Of a stretch of 39,701 nt of DNA, positions 18,901 to 28,600 are shown piece by piece. The translations under genes were made by a program, and so were the position numbers. The notes beneath the pieces are model-generated. The model saw only the letters and a list, made by a program, of their open reading frames with translations. It did no database searches and had not been told where the DNA came from. The DNA comes from Deltaproteobacteria bacterium (GTDB lineage Bacteria > Myxococcota_A > UBA9160 > SMWR01), in contig JAQBGU010000060.1 in assembly GCA_032128375.1 (NCBI GenBank), positions 1-39,701 of the forward strand, read 5' to 3'. Numbering within the stretch: position 1 is the first letter of the stretch; the number at the start of each line of letters is the position of its first letter.

Positions 18901-19873
18901 GGTCGCGCCCGAGGAGTTTCGCGAGTTTTTCGACATCCGCCGCGAAGAAATCACGTAGCTCGCGCCGCAACTCCGGTTCGAGCGGGGGACGTTCCAACTG
19001 GCGCGTGTTCCACTGCCTTAGCTGTTTGCGAAGCGGCTTCAGCCATCCCGACCGCCCCTTGCCGGTGCGATCCCACTTCTCGACGCGGCGTGCGACTAGA
19101 CTCGGCGGGTTCATCACCCAGGGCTGGAGCCAGTCGAAGCGGTAGCCCGCGTTCTCGCGACGGTGACCGAGTTCGAGTTTCACATCCGGGTCGACGCCGA
19201 TGAAACGGACCAGCGCCTGGACGGTTTCACGCCCCTTCGTGGCGAGATCGTCGAACAAGATGACGTGGCAGCGCTCTCGACCCACGAGGGTGAAGAGTGC
19301 CTCCAAGCGCGCGCCAAGAGAGCCGATTTCGCCATACCGCAACGCGCGCGGGTCGCGGCAGCGTCGCGGCAATCGCTCGCCGCGCCGACGCATCTGCTGT
19401 AGTGCCCACGCCGCGGCGAGATCTTTCGCGTCCTCGTCCATGGTGAACAGGATGCGGCGGTGGTAAGAAGCGACGAGATCGATCGGGTTGCGCGCGTTGA
19501 CGACGAAGCGTGCCTCGGGGTCGAACGCCAGGATCAGTTCGATGGCGTTGTCGTCGTAGAGGTGGTGAGGTGTCGCCTCGAAGATCACACGGTGGTGTCG
19601 CCCAACATGTGGGAAGTAGCGCCGCAGAAATTCCGCCCGGAGGCTGTCGGTCGCAATGTCGGCTGGCGGCTTGTAGAAGAAATAGGTCTCTTTGGGGCGT
19701 GAGACGCACACTTCTGGGTGATCGCGCAGCATCTTCGCTATGGAAGTGGTCCCACAGCGGGGGCCCCCCAACAGGAAGAAGCTCTCGACCTCGTGCGCGC
19801 CTACCCTCACCGTCATCTGGTGGCCGGCCATTTGCGACAACCCTTGAGCAGCGATTTGCAATTCGTTGGCCAC
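18884..19873 (-). CDS. PAPS-dependent sulfotransferase family protein
   Basis: 5'-PSB loop GGPRCGTTS, PKETYFF, EATPHHL, 3'-PB motif RNPIDLVASY, terminal LLGRDLSHW. Start uncertain. Overlaps the convergent hydroxylase by 17 bp. Confidence 0.9.
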   Translation of the reverse strand: MANELQIAAQGLSQMAGHQMTVRVGAHEVESFFLLGGPRCGTTSIAKMLRDHPEVCVSRPKETYFFYKPPADIATDSLRAEFLRRYFPHVGRHHRVIFEATPHHLYDDNAIELILAFDPEARFVVNARNPIDLVASYHRRILFTMDEDAKDLAAAWALQQMRRRGERLPRRCRDPRALRYGEIGSLGARLEALFTLVGRERCHVILFDDLATKGRETVQALVRFIGVDPDVKLELGHRRENAGYRFDWLQPWVMNPPSLVARRVEKWDRTGKGRSGWLKPLRKQLRQWNTRQLERPPLEPELRRELRDFFAADVEKLAKLLGRDLSHWR

Positions 19874-20083
19874 GGCACGGCGCGCTGGTCTGAAACGGTC
19901 GTCTCCCAGGGGGTGTCGCTGTTGTCGGGGTCCGGCGAACTACAGGCAGAGCGATTCGGCCGAACGACTCCCGCACAACCGCTGAGCAGTCCCATGCACA
20001 CTCAGACCAGGATCATGTCGAGTACGAGCCATCGCCGTTTCATCTTCACCTCGATTCGTCGGGTGCTGCTTCGCCAGTGTTCG

Positions 20084-23000
20084 TCAACCGGAACATTCAT
20101 CGAGAAGTCCCTTGGCGGCCTTCAGGTCGAAGGTGTCGAACCCCTCGGTGAAAGCGCGGTAGAGAGGCTCGAGAATCTCACATGCCCGATCACTTTCCCC
20201 CCGGTCGCACCAGAGTCGCGCCAAGCGAGTTGCCGCCCGGAGCTGAAACGATCGGGCTCCCTGCTTCTCCGCCTTCTCCATGGCCTGGATCAGGAGCTGT
20301 TCACCCCGCTCGCGCGAGGTCGGCTCGTCCTCCCGGAGCAGAAACTCGCCGTGGATTCGCATCAGATCCGCGTAGAAGAACTCGATTCCCGTCTGCGCCG
20401 AGAATTCGAGGCCCGACTCCACCACTTCGATCGCCTCCGAGCGCAGATGAGAATCGCGCAGGATTTCGGCCAAGCCGGCTGCGGCCACCGGGCGCCCGAA
20501 CTGGTTACCCATTCCGGTGACGGAGCCGAGGGCACCGCGGTACAGCTCGATAATCCCCTCGTACGCGTCCTGCTCGAGTGGGTCGTCCACGGCGGACCAG
20601 ATGCGTACCAGCTGGCCAACCGCGCGGTAGATGGGAACGTCCGTCTCCTGTGACACCGCGATGGTTTCCTCGGCCGTCTCTCTTCCCCTCTCGCGATCCC
20701 GGCTCATGAAGTAGAGGACGGCGCCCAGGCCGAGGCTGTAAGGGTGTCCACAGCGGCGCGCAAGGTCCACGGCTTCCTCCGATGAGGCTCGCGCGCGGTC
20801 GGGGTACCCGGCGAGCCACAGGGCCCACGCCCGCCAACTTCGCAGCGCGACGCCGAGATCCGCACGATCGTGACTCTGCATGCGATCGCGCCCGGGATCG
20901 AAGAGCTGCACGGCGCGTTCGAGTCCGATGGCCGCGCGGGACGCGTCGCCGCGGATGCAGAGCGCTTGTCCCAAGCTCCAGTGCGCGCGCATGAGCGCCC
21001 CCGGGTCGTCCATGCGGCCTGCTACTTCGAGCTGCTCTTCGGCGAGTTCGAAAGCGCGTTCCATCTCGCCTCGGTTGAGATGGAACGTGAACAGTCCCGC
21101 GAGGACGTGCGGGAGTTCCTCACCATCGCCACACAATTCGCGTGCACGCGCATAGATTCGTTGGGTCTCCAGGTCACCCGCTCCGCTAATCCCCACTACC
21201 GCGGGTCCCAGTGAAACCAGCAGCGTGAGTTCGGAGCGGTCGCGTTCGGGCCCCGCCGGGAGATCCGGAAGAAGCGCGAGCCCGCGTCGAAGATGCTCGA
21301 CCGCTTCTTGATTGGCGGACCGCGCCGTCGAGCGTTTGCCCGCCAGCTCGTAGTAGCGGATTGCCGCAGCCGTATTGCGGGCTTCCTCGTAGTGGTAGGC
21401 CAGGACTCCCGGTCTAGAGGCAACCTGTTCGGGGAAAAGTTCCTCGAGAGTCTGCGCGACGCGATCGTGATACTCGCGGCGCGGACCGCGCAGCAGCGAG
21501 CTGTAGGCGGCCTCCCGAATCAGTGCGTGCCGGAAGACATACGAGGCATCTGGCGGAGCACCGCGCTGGACCAACAGGTCCGACGACACCAGTCGCACGA
21601 GGCGCTCGTTCAGCATCTCAGGCGCTAGTGGCGCTACACCCGCCAACAACCGATAGTCGAACTCGCGACCTATCACCGCGGCGAGCTGTGCTAGTTCTTT
21701 CGCGGGCCCGAGCCGATCGATCCGTGCCATGAGCAGGTCCTGAAGCGTCGCGGGGATCGCCCGGGAGCCATCGGGGGACTGCCAAATCGCCCGCGTGAGT
21801 TCCTCGAGGTAGAGGGGAATGCCGTCCGCGCGCTCGATGATCTGCTCGACTGCATGCGCTCGCTGCTGGCCGGACGGCTCGAGCGACTCGACGAGCTCTT
21901 TGGCCTGCCTGCGTCGCAGGCGGTGGAGCGTCACAGTCGCAAAGTTCTTAGGGTTGGACCAGGGAACTTCGAGGTCAGGTCTCGCTGTGAGTAGCATGAG
22001 CACCTGACTCGAAGGAATCTGATCGATCAGCTGACGGAGAAATTCGAGGGTCGACGAATCGGCGCAGTGTAGGTCCTCTACCAGCAACACCACCGGCTGG
22101 CTCCGGCTCTGTGCCAGCGCCCAAGCTGTAAGCGCGTCGATGGTTCCGCCGCGCCTCATCTGCGGGGTCATCAATGCGAGCTTGTCCTCGTCTGCGACGG
22201 GAAGATTCAACAGATCCACGAGCAGCGGCAGTGAGTTTTCATTCTCGATTCGTGCGCGCCGGAGGCCATCTTCGAGCGCCTTCAGTTTGTCCGTCGCATT
22301 GTGCTCGGGTCTGAACTCGAGCGCCTGTTCGAGAAGCTCGACGAGAGGATGGAACGCGCTTGCCCGCATGTACGGCGAGGCGGTGCATTCGAGCCAGAGA
22401 TGGGACGCCCCCGCCATCCGCTCGCGCAGGTCGAGGATCAACCTCGATTTGCCAATGCCGGCCTCACCGGTCACCAACACCGTCTGGCCGTCGCCTTCGA
22501 GGACCCGCTCCCAGCGGTGCCAGAGTAAGTCCTTCTCCTGTTCTCGACCCACGAATGGCGTGAGCTTCGTCGAAAGCGCCAGGCGACCACGAACTCCGCC
22601 GGTCTCGATGACGCGGTGAACAGCGACGGGATGCGAGACGCCCTTGAGCGATGGCTCGCCCATTGCTTCGGTGACGAATATGCCTGGTACGAGAGCGAGC
22701 GTTTCTCCGCTGATCACGACCATTCCGGATTTCGCAAACTGCTGCAGTCTCGCTGCGATGTTGGCGCTCTCGCCGAGTGCCAACGTCTCGCTGTGACTTC
22801 CTCTGCCCATCTCGCCCACGACCAGTGTGCCGGTATGGATGCCGATTCGGACAGCTACGGGGCGGAAGGGCTCCATCTGGGGTTCGCAGCGCAGCTTCTC
22901 GACGGAACGCACGATGGAAAGCCCAGTCCGCACCGCCCGCTCGGCGGCATCTTCGTGGGCCTTTGGGTAACCGAAATACGCGAGGACGCCGTCACCCATG

Positions 23001-23338
23001 TACTGCGCCACGTGTCCTTCGAATCCCTCAATGGCCTCGGCTACAACGCGTTGATAGCCGCGAACCAGCTCGCGCCAGTCCTCGAGTTCGAGACTGGCGG
23101 CGTGAGCCGTCGAGGCTACGAGGTCGCAGAATAGAACTGTCAAGTGTCGGCGCTCTGCGGCAGGCGACACGGCTGCCGGACGTGCCGCGCCGCAAGCTGG
23201 ACAGAACCGCGCCGCCGGAGGCATCACCGCGCCGCAGTCTTCACAGACCGGACTCAGGGAGGTGCCGCATGTTGCGCAGAATCTCGCGTCGTCGGAACTA
23301 TCGTGGTGGCAGGCAGGGCACTGCACAGAATCCTCCAT
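20084..23338 (-). CDS. Double zinc ribbon + class III nucleotide cyclase + STAND ATPase + TPR
   Basis: Four CxxC pairs; VLFCDLVAS, YMGDGVLAYFG, NIAARLQ; GEAGIGKS; LLVEDLH; DGIPLYLEEL; TPR region ending FTEGFDTFDLKAAKGLL. Confidence 0.93.
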   Translation of the reverse strand: MEDSVQCPACHHDSSDDARFCATCGTSLSPVCEDCGAVMPPAARFCPACGAARPAAVSPAAERRHLTVLFCDLVASTAHAASLELEDWRELVRGYQRVVAEAIEGFEGHVAQYMGDGVLAYFGYPKAHEDAAERAVRTGLSIVRSVEKLRCEPQMEPFRPVAVRIGIHTGTLVVGEMGRGSHSETLALGESANIAARLQQFAKSGMVVISGETLALVPGIFVTEAMGEPSLKGVSHPVAVHRVIETGGVRGRLALSTKLTPFVGREQEKDLLWHRWERVLEGDGQTVLVTGEAGIGKSRLILDLRERMAGASHLWLECTASPYMRASAFHPLVELLEQALEFRPEHNATDKLKALEDGLRRARIENENSLPLLVDLLNLPVADEDKLALMTPQMRRGGTIDALTAWALAQSRSQPVVLLVEDLHCADSSTLEFLRQLIDQIPSSQVLMLLTARPDLEVPWSNPKNFATVTLHRLRRRQAKELVESLEPSGQQRAHAVEQIIERADGIPLYLEELTRAIWQSPDGSRAIPATLQDLLMARIDRLGPAKELAQLAAVIGREFDYRLLAGVAPLAPEMLNERLVRLVSSDLLVQRGAPPDASYVFRHALIREAAYSSLLRGPRREYHDRVAQTLEELFPEQVASRPGVLAYHYEEARNTAAAIRYYELAGKRSTARSANQEAVEHLRRGLALLPDLPAGPERDRSELTLLVSLGPAVVGISGAGDLETQRIYARARELCGDGEELPHVLAGLFTFHLNRGEMERAFELAEEQLEVAGRMDDPGALMRAHWSLGQALCIRGDASRAAIGLERAVQLFDPGRDRMQSHDRADLGVALRSWRAWALWLAGYPDRARASSEEAVDLARRCGHPYSLGLGAVLYFMSRDRERGRETAEETIAVSQETDVPIYRAVGQLVRIWSAVDDPLEQDAYEGIIELYRGALGSVTGMGNQFGRPVAAAGLAEILRDSHLRSEAIEVVESGLEFSAQTGIEFFYADLMRIHGEFLLREDEPTSRERGEQLLIQAMEKAEKQGARSFQLRAATRLARLWCDRGESDRACEILEPLYRAFTEGFDTFDLKAAKGLLDECSG

Positions 23339-23622
23339 GTGCAATGTGGCACCCCGATTCTACATCAGGGCGACGCCAAGAGTGGACAGGTTTTCGTGTC
23401 CCTGGAGGGTGTTGCTTGGGATTTCGATCGTTCCCGATGCCTCTCGGTCTGCGCTGCATCTCGCGAACCGTCCGTCGCGAGACAAACGACAGCCAGTAGC
23501 ATCGTGGCTATCACCAGCTGCGGGTTCGAGATGCTCGCAGGAGGCGCTGTAGGGAACGCTCCACGCAGTGGGAAGATGGCCAGCTCGAGCTGGAGCGCGA
23601 ACTCGGGCCGCCGCGCGGGCGC

Positions 23623-24033
23623 TTACGCACAGGATGCAAAGCGCGAGAGGAACACCGAACTCGCGCCCCCGCGCAGCCGCATCACTGCCAGCAACGCGAG
23701 GTACTGTTTCTCGGTGTAGTCTTCCAGGCGGCTAGCGAGGTCGCTTGCGAGGCGGCTGAAGCTTGGCAGGTCGGTGCGGCGCATTGGATTCCAGATGGTC
23801 GCGATCGCTGGCTGGCGTCGGGCGGTGAGCCATTCCAGTGCTCGGCGTCCCTTCGGGGTTAGGCGGTAGACCCTTCGGCCGACATCCGATTCGCCGATGC
23901 TGCTGCGCACGAGATCCCGTTCGAGTAGTTGCCTGAGTGTTCGCGACACCGCGGCGGGATTGCAGGAGCGACTCCGTGCGAATATCGAGGGCATGAAACT
24001 CTCACCGTCGACATCTTCCAGCACTTGCACCAT
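23623..24033 (-). pseudogene. Degenerate MarR-family winged-helix regulator
   Basis: PAAVSRTLRQLLERDLV...GRRVYRLTPKGRRAL is a MarR wing motif. No clear N-terminus or RBS; the C-terminus seems to run past a likely lost stop after RLEDYTEKQ. Confidence 0.55.
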
Positions 24034-24219
24034 GATCAGGCACCAGAGGGCGTGGATCCAATAACGACGATCGGGCGCCAGGACGTGGCTACGGCCAACG
24101 CGAGATGAACCGCCTTCGCCCGTATGCCGGCCAGGCGTACGGGCGAAGCAGTCACAGCTCCGACGAGCGAGGCGGCGGGCGTTGCGCCGGGCACGCTCAT
24201 CCGAGGAATGCCGAGATGG

Positions 24220-24732
24220 CTAGAGGGGCTCCGACGTGGCGACGATGACGTCCAGCATCACGAACTGGTTGGCGACACCGTCATCGGTCAAGCCGAATTC
24301 ATCGGCCTTCTTGAGCAACAGTTCGACGTCCGGGCAGGCATCGCCAAGGCGACCGCATTCGTCGGCGAAGAATGATCCCAGCACTGCGTCGCGAAACGCA
24401 CCGAGCACATCGTCTTGAAGTTGCGCCTTCTCCACGTCGGTATCGAACAGGAGAGGACCTCCGAGAGGTGCGTAGAAGGTCGCCAGTGCGGATCCGCGGC
24501 GCACGCGGAGCACCAGCTCCGCACTTTCCGCGCTCGTCCCATTCGAGTTCACGAGCTTGACACTGAGAACACCCGCGAGTGAGGGGCCCTTGGCGGGCTT
24601 CTTCGACTCGATGCCGATCGGCGCTTCGCCGTTCGGGTCGGCGGCCGACTGGGCTTTGGCGGTCGATGCGAAGCCCAACGCGAGAAGGGTCGCCGCGAGG
24701 GCGGCCGTGTATCGGAACTGGAAGATCGTCAT
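24220..24732 (-). CDS. Secreted hypothetical protein
   Basis: AAGGAG RBS, Sec signal ending ASTAKA-Q, strong GC3 bias, one Cys pair. No family recognised. Confidence 0.8.
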   Translation of the reverse strand: MTIFQFRYTAALAATLLALGFASTAKAQSAADPNGEAPIGIESKKPAKGPSLAGVLSVKLVNSNGTSAESAELVLRVRRGSALATFYAPLGGPLLFDTDVEKAQLQDDVLGAFRDAVLGSFFADECGRLGDACPDVELLLKKADEFGLTDDGVANQFVMLDVIVATSEPL

Positions 24733-24757
24733 GTCACAGACTCCTTGTGTGAATTAG

Positions 24758-25615
24758 CTACCGCAGCAGCTTGTCGGCCCGGCTCCGATCGGAGTAGGAC
24801 TCGGGGATGAAGAAGGTGGTGGTTTTTGGGGACTTCTTTGTCGTGTTGAAACCGATGAACTGGGTCATGACCTCGTCTTCTCCCGCCTTCAGGTGGTAGC
24901 CGCCGAAGCGGCTGTTGTAGGTTGCGGTCAGCGCGAACAGGTGGCCCACCTCGTGATTGAGCACCCAGCTGATCAGTGCGGCCGTGACCTGCTCGACGCC
25001 CGAGTCGCCCTTGTCCGTTTCGCACAGGGTGGTCGCGCATTCGGCGGCGACGAACTCCTCCATGCGCCTGGTCCAGATCGTCGAGCCGTCGAGCCCGTTG
25101 GGCGATCCGTAGTTCGCCAGCCCGAACTTGTCGCCAGGCGCGTCGCGCGACTCCGTGATGCGCACAGCCTTCTGGGTTGAAATCGACGAAACCGTCCGGT
25201 CCCCCAGCGGATCCATTGCATTCAACACGTGCACCGACACATCGAGGCCGCCTTCGGCCGCCGGTTTGGTCGTGAACGACAGGATGTTGTCATCCGGCAG
25301 CCCCGATGGGTTCGAGGGCACGACGATCACGAACAGGTCCTGGCGCGTGTGATCCAAGCAATCTTCGGGGGCCAAGTCGGTCCCGAAGCAGCCGGGAACG
25401 GAATCCCTGAGGATGCCAGCGCTGTCGACGAATTTCAGCCCCGCGAGCAGCTGGATCCCGCCGCACTCGGTGAGATCATCGAAGCCGTCTGCATCGGAGT
25501 CCCCTGCGGCGACCTCGGCGCAAGGGCTCTGACTCCAGGCCGGCGAGGCGGCGACCGCCATCCCGGCAACGAGCGCACAAGTCACGCTTGCCGTCCATTC
25601 GAATCTCGACATCAT
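24758..25615 (-). CDS. Secreted zincin-like metalloprotease with N-terminal Ca-binding loop
   Basis: Signal peptide (ASPAWS-Q), DSDADGFDDLTE loop, RQDLFV, HEVGH (HExxH), later YH and EVM. Alternative start at 25636 abuts the upstream stop. Confidence 0.78.
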   Translation of the reverse strand: MMSRFEWTASVTCALVAGMAVAASPAWSQSPCAEVAAGDSDADGFDDLTECGGIQLLAGLKFVDSAGILRDSVPGCFGTDLAPEDCLDHTRQDLFVIVVPSNPSGLPDDNILSFTTKPAAEGGLDVSVHVLNAMDPLGDRTVSSISTQKAVRITESRDAPGDKFGLANYGSPNGLDGSTIWTRRMEEFVAAECATTLCETDKGDSGVEQVTAALISWVLNHEVGHLFALTATYNSRFGGYHLKAGEDEVMTQFIGFNTTKKSPKTTTFFIPESYSDRSRADKLLR

Positions 25616-25636
25616 CTTTCCACCTCTCGCGAGCAT

Positions 25637-28600
25637 CTATTGCTTCACCTGGACCGTGTCGACCCCGAAGATGGGTACACCGTCGCGCGTGGTTCCTACG
25701 AGTTCGGCGGATTCCGCGCTCGCCGTCAGCTCGAGCCCCTGCGTCAGGATGTGTACGAGTAGATCGACGCGCCCGTCGGCGTTGACGTCCTCCAGGCTAT
25801 AGATCCCCTGACCGTTGCCCTTGATCTTGAGGCCCGCATTCGCGAGCGCGACCGAGTTCGGGTTCACCGTACTGGCATCGAACGTCTCCGAGCTCAGGAT
25901 CGCGACGGGGATGTTGCCCTTCGAGCCGAGCTTGATGACGTTGACGTCTTCGCCTGGCTTGATGTCGACCTCCACCCCAATCGCCGCCTCGATCTCGACC
26001 GAGCACTCGGCTCGAAACAGCTTGAACGCGGATTCCTCGACGAACGAGCCGGTGACGCGCGGGAAGACCGTCGTGCCGGGGTTGAGCGTGCCGAGCGATC
26101 GGATAGCCGCGCTACGCTCGAACATCGCGACTACGTCCGCGCCCGAAACGTTCACCGAGACGGGCTCGAGCGTGCCGTTCATCCGCAGTGTCGCGAGATC
26201 GACCTCGGCACCGACCAATCGGCCGATCCGAGCGGAGACGGTCGGTCCCGGGACCGCGATCCACTGCGGATACCACAGCGACGGAGAGATGCTGCAGGTC
26301 CCGTCGACTTGCTCTTCTTTGAGGATGGGCTCCCCGGCGATCACGACCTCGGCCATTTCGGACGTCACGGCACCCACGAAAGTTTCGACGACCTCGTCGG
26401 GTTGATTCTCGACACACTCATCGGGATCCGCCGCGGGATCGACACAGTCGGGGTCGCGCAGGTCGTTCGCGTAGGTGGCCTTGACCTCGTACATCTCCTC
26501 TACGCCAGCATCTCCCGACGCGAGTTCCTCGGGTGGGAAGAGTTCCGCGAGGTCGCAGGTCACCACGAACGCCTCTTCGGGCTGCAGGATGATGAGGTCG
26601 CCCGTGGGATCTTCGGTCGTGAGCGCCAGCTTGTAGGGCGCTGGGAGGCGGGACGTCGGTGCGAGCCGCTCCCCTTCACCGTCACAGCCGTCGACGGAGT
26701 CGCATCGGCGCACTTCGAACCCGGTATTGAAACAGTCGGGGCGCACGGTGATGATCGCGAACTCGTTCGGGTTCTGGAACTTGGCCTGGACCGGAAGCGG
26801 CTCGCCCGGCCGGACGGGAGCGGGCTGGGATACGATGAGTTCCTCGTTCGCGCCGGCATCGTTGCTATCGCAGACATCGCCGTAGAGGTCTGCGTCCGCG
26901 TCCGCCTGGTCGTCGTTGGCGTCCGCCGCACAGTTGTCGCAGGCGTCGCCGAACAAGTCGCCGTCCGCATTCTGCTGGTTGGGATTCTCGACGTCGACGC
27001 AGTTGTCGTCGGCGTCTTCGACTCCGTCGAGGTCCTCGTCGGCAACCGGAATCGCGTCGACCTCGACCAGCCGTGCGCCTTCGAACTCGCCGACGGCGGT
27101 GCCCTGGGTCACCTCGATCCGCCAGTTCCGAGCCCGCACCGAACCGGCGGTGGCCAGCTCGAGTTCCAGGTTGCTCGGGTCGAGCGCCTCGTTGCCGGCC
27201 TGAGCGCTGTAGTCGGGGTCGATCGGAACGTCGATGGCAACCGTCTCGAACCCCGCGGCCGGATCCGTGTCGGCCAGCAGCTTGAAGCCGCCGATCGAGC
27301 GACGCAGACAACACTCGTCGCTGTCGTTGTGCGCGAACAGCCGCACGCCGCGGATCGTGACCGGCGCCGTCGTCTGGAACTCGATGAAGCTGACGCTGCC
27401 GATGCCGCCATTGCGCATCAAGACGTTGCCGTCTTCGAAGCCCCCGGAGGTGCGGAACGCGTTGATGGCGTCGGTGGCGGTGTCGCTGGCCGTCACTACC
27501 GTGCCTTGGGTCGAGTCGAACGGGTCAGTAGAGACGCCCTTGCTGTCCCCGCCCTGCTCGAAGCAATAGAGCTTGATGTTGCTCGAGCAAACGGTCGTCC
27601 CGGCGCCGAGGGGGTCGCGAGTCCAGTTCTCGTCGGTAGCGGTCGAGAATCCGACGAATGCGTCGCCGACCAGAAATTCACCCACCGACGACGTCCAGTC
27701 GGAGCAGTTCCGGAGAAGCGGGGTGTCAATCAACTCGCCATCCGGATGCGTCGACGTCCACACAAAGCGCAGCTGCGTCAGCTGGACGCCGGACTCGTCA
27801 ACGTCGATCGGGGCCAACAAGCTGCCGTCGGTCAGGTCGCCGTACCCGAAGGCGATCGGAACCCCGTCGGTGCGCACGTAGGGGCAATCGGCACAGCTGG
27901 AGAAACGCGTGTTGGGGCTCTCGAAGCTGTCCGACAGCCAGGCGCGATACCGGCCGGGGAGTTCCGCGCCGTTCGCACGTTGATTGCAGATCGCGTCTGC
28001 ACCGCTCAAGCCACCGAGGTCTCCCTGGTGGGAGGTGCTGGTGATGAAGACCTGCTTCGGAGCTTCGGTGGACAGCACCAGGTCGTCGATGAAGAGCTGC
28101 GTCGTGCCCACCCCGATCTGCTCGGGTACCGCCACCGCGAAGGCGATGTGATAGGTGCCCGGCGCCAGCGTCGTACCCGTGAGATCGATTGCGAAGTTGG
28201 GCGACCCGAGCGCAAAGCCATAGGGCACCGCGATCGTCGTGAGCAGCGAATAGCCAGCCAGACCGTCCGCCACATCCCCCGTTGCTGGCGCGGGGTGGTT
28301 GACAGGGCTCAGCAGGACTTTGAAGTCGCGGGTGCCCTGGACCACGTCGTTCTGCTCGCCCGCAAATGACAGGGAACCGAGGTCGTAGGGGACACTGGTC
28401 GTGAAGCTGAAGAAAGGGAAGAAACCGCCGTTGGTCGTGTTCGGGAACAATGCAGAGCTGCGGTAGATCAGATCGCCGTGAAGGAAGACCTCCGAATCGT
28501 CCTTGGTTCCGCCGAATACGACCCCGGATATGCCAGGCCCCACCGTTGAGGCCGTCGCCGTCGAATCTCCCACAGTGGCGTTCTCGAAATTAAGGCCAAC

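Noticed and set aside
19718..20653. 311-aa plus-strand ORF
   Set aside because: Antisense to the sulfotransferase start and the cyclase TPR end.
5218..23338. Idea that the two cyclases plus the EEP phosphodiesterase form a Pycsar/CBASS-like defence system
   Set aside because: The genes are many kb apart, separated by metabolic genes, with no adjacent cyclic-nucleotide-binding effector.
26867..27040. Repetitive GTC/GTCG-rich DNA considered as a possible CRISPR or DNA repeat
   Set aside because: Explained by Asp-rich thrombospondin type-3 repeats; no repeat-spacer periodicity.
26309..28369. 686-aa plus-strand ORF
   Set aside because: Antisense shadow of the 1027-aa secreted gene, expected from strong GC3 bias; no motifs.
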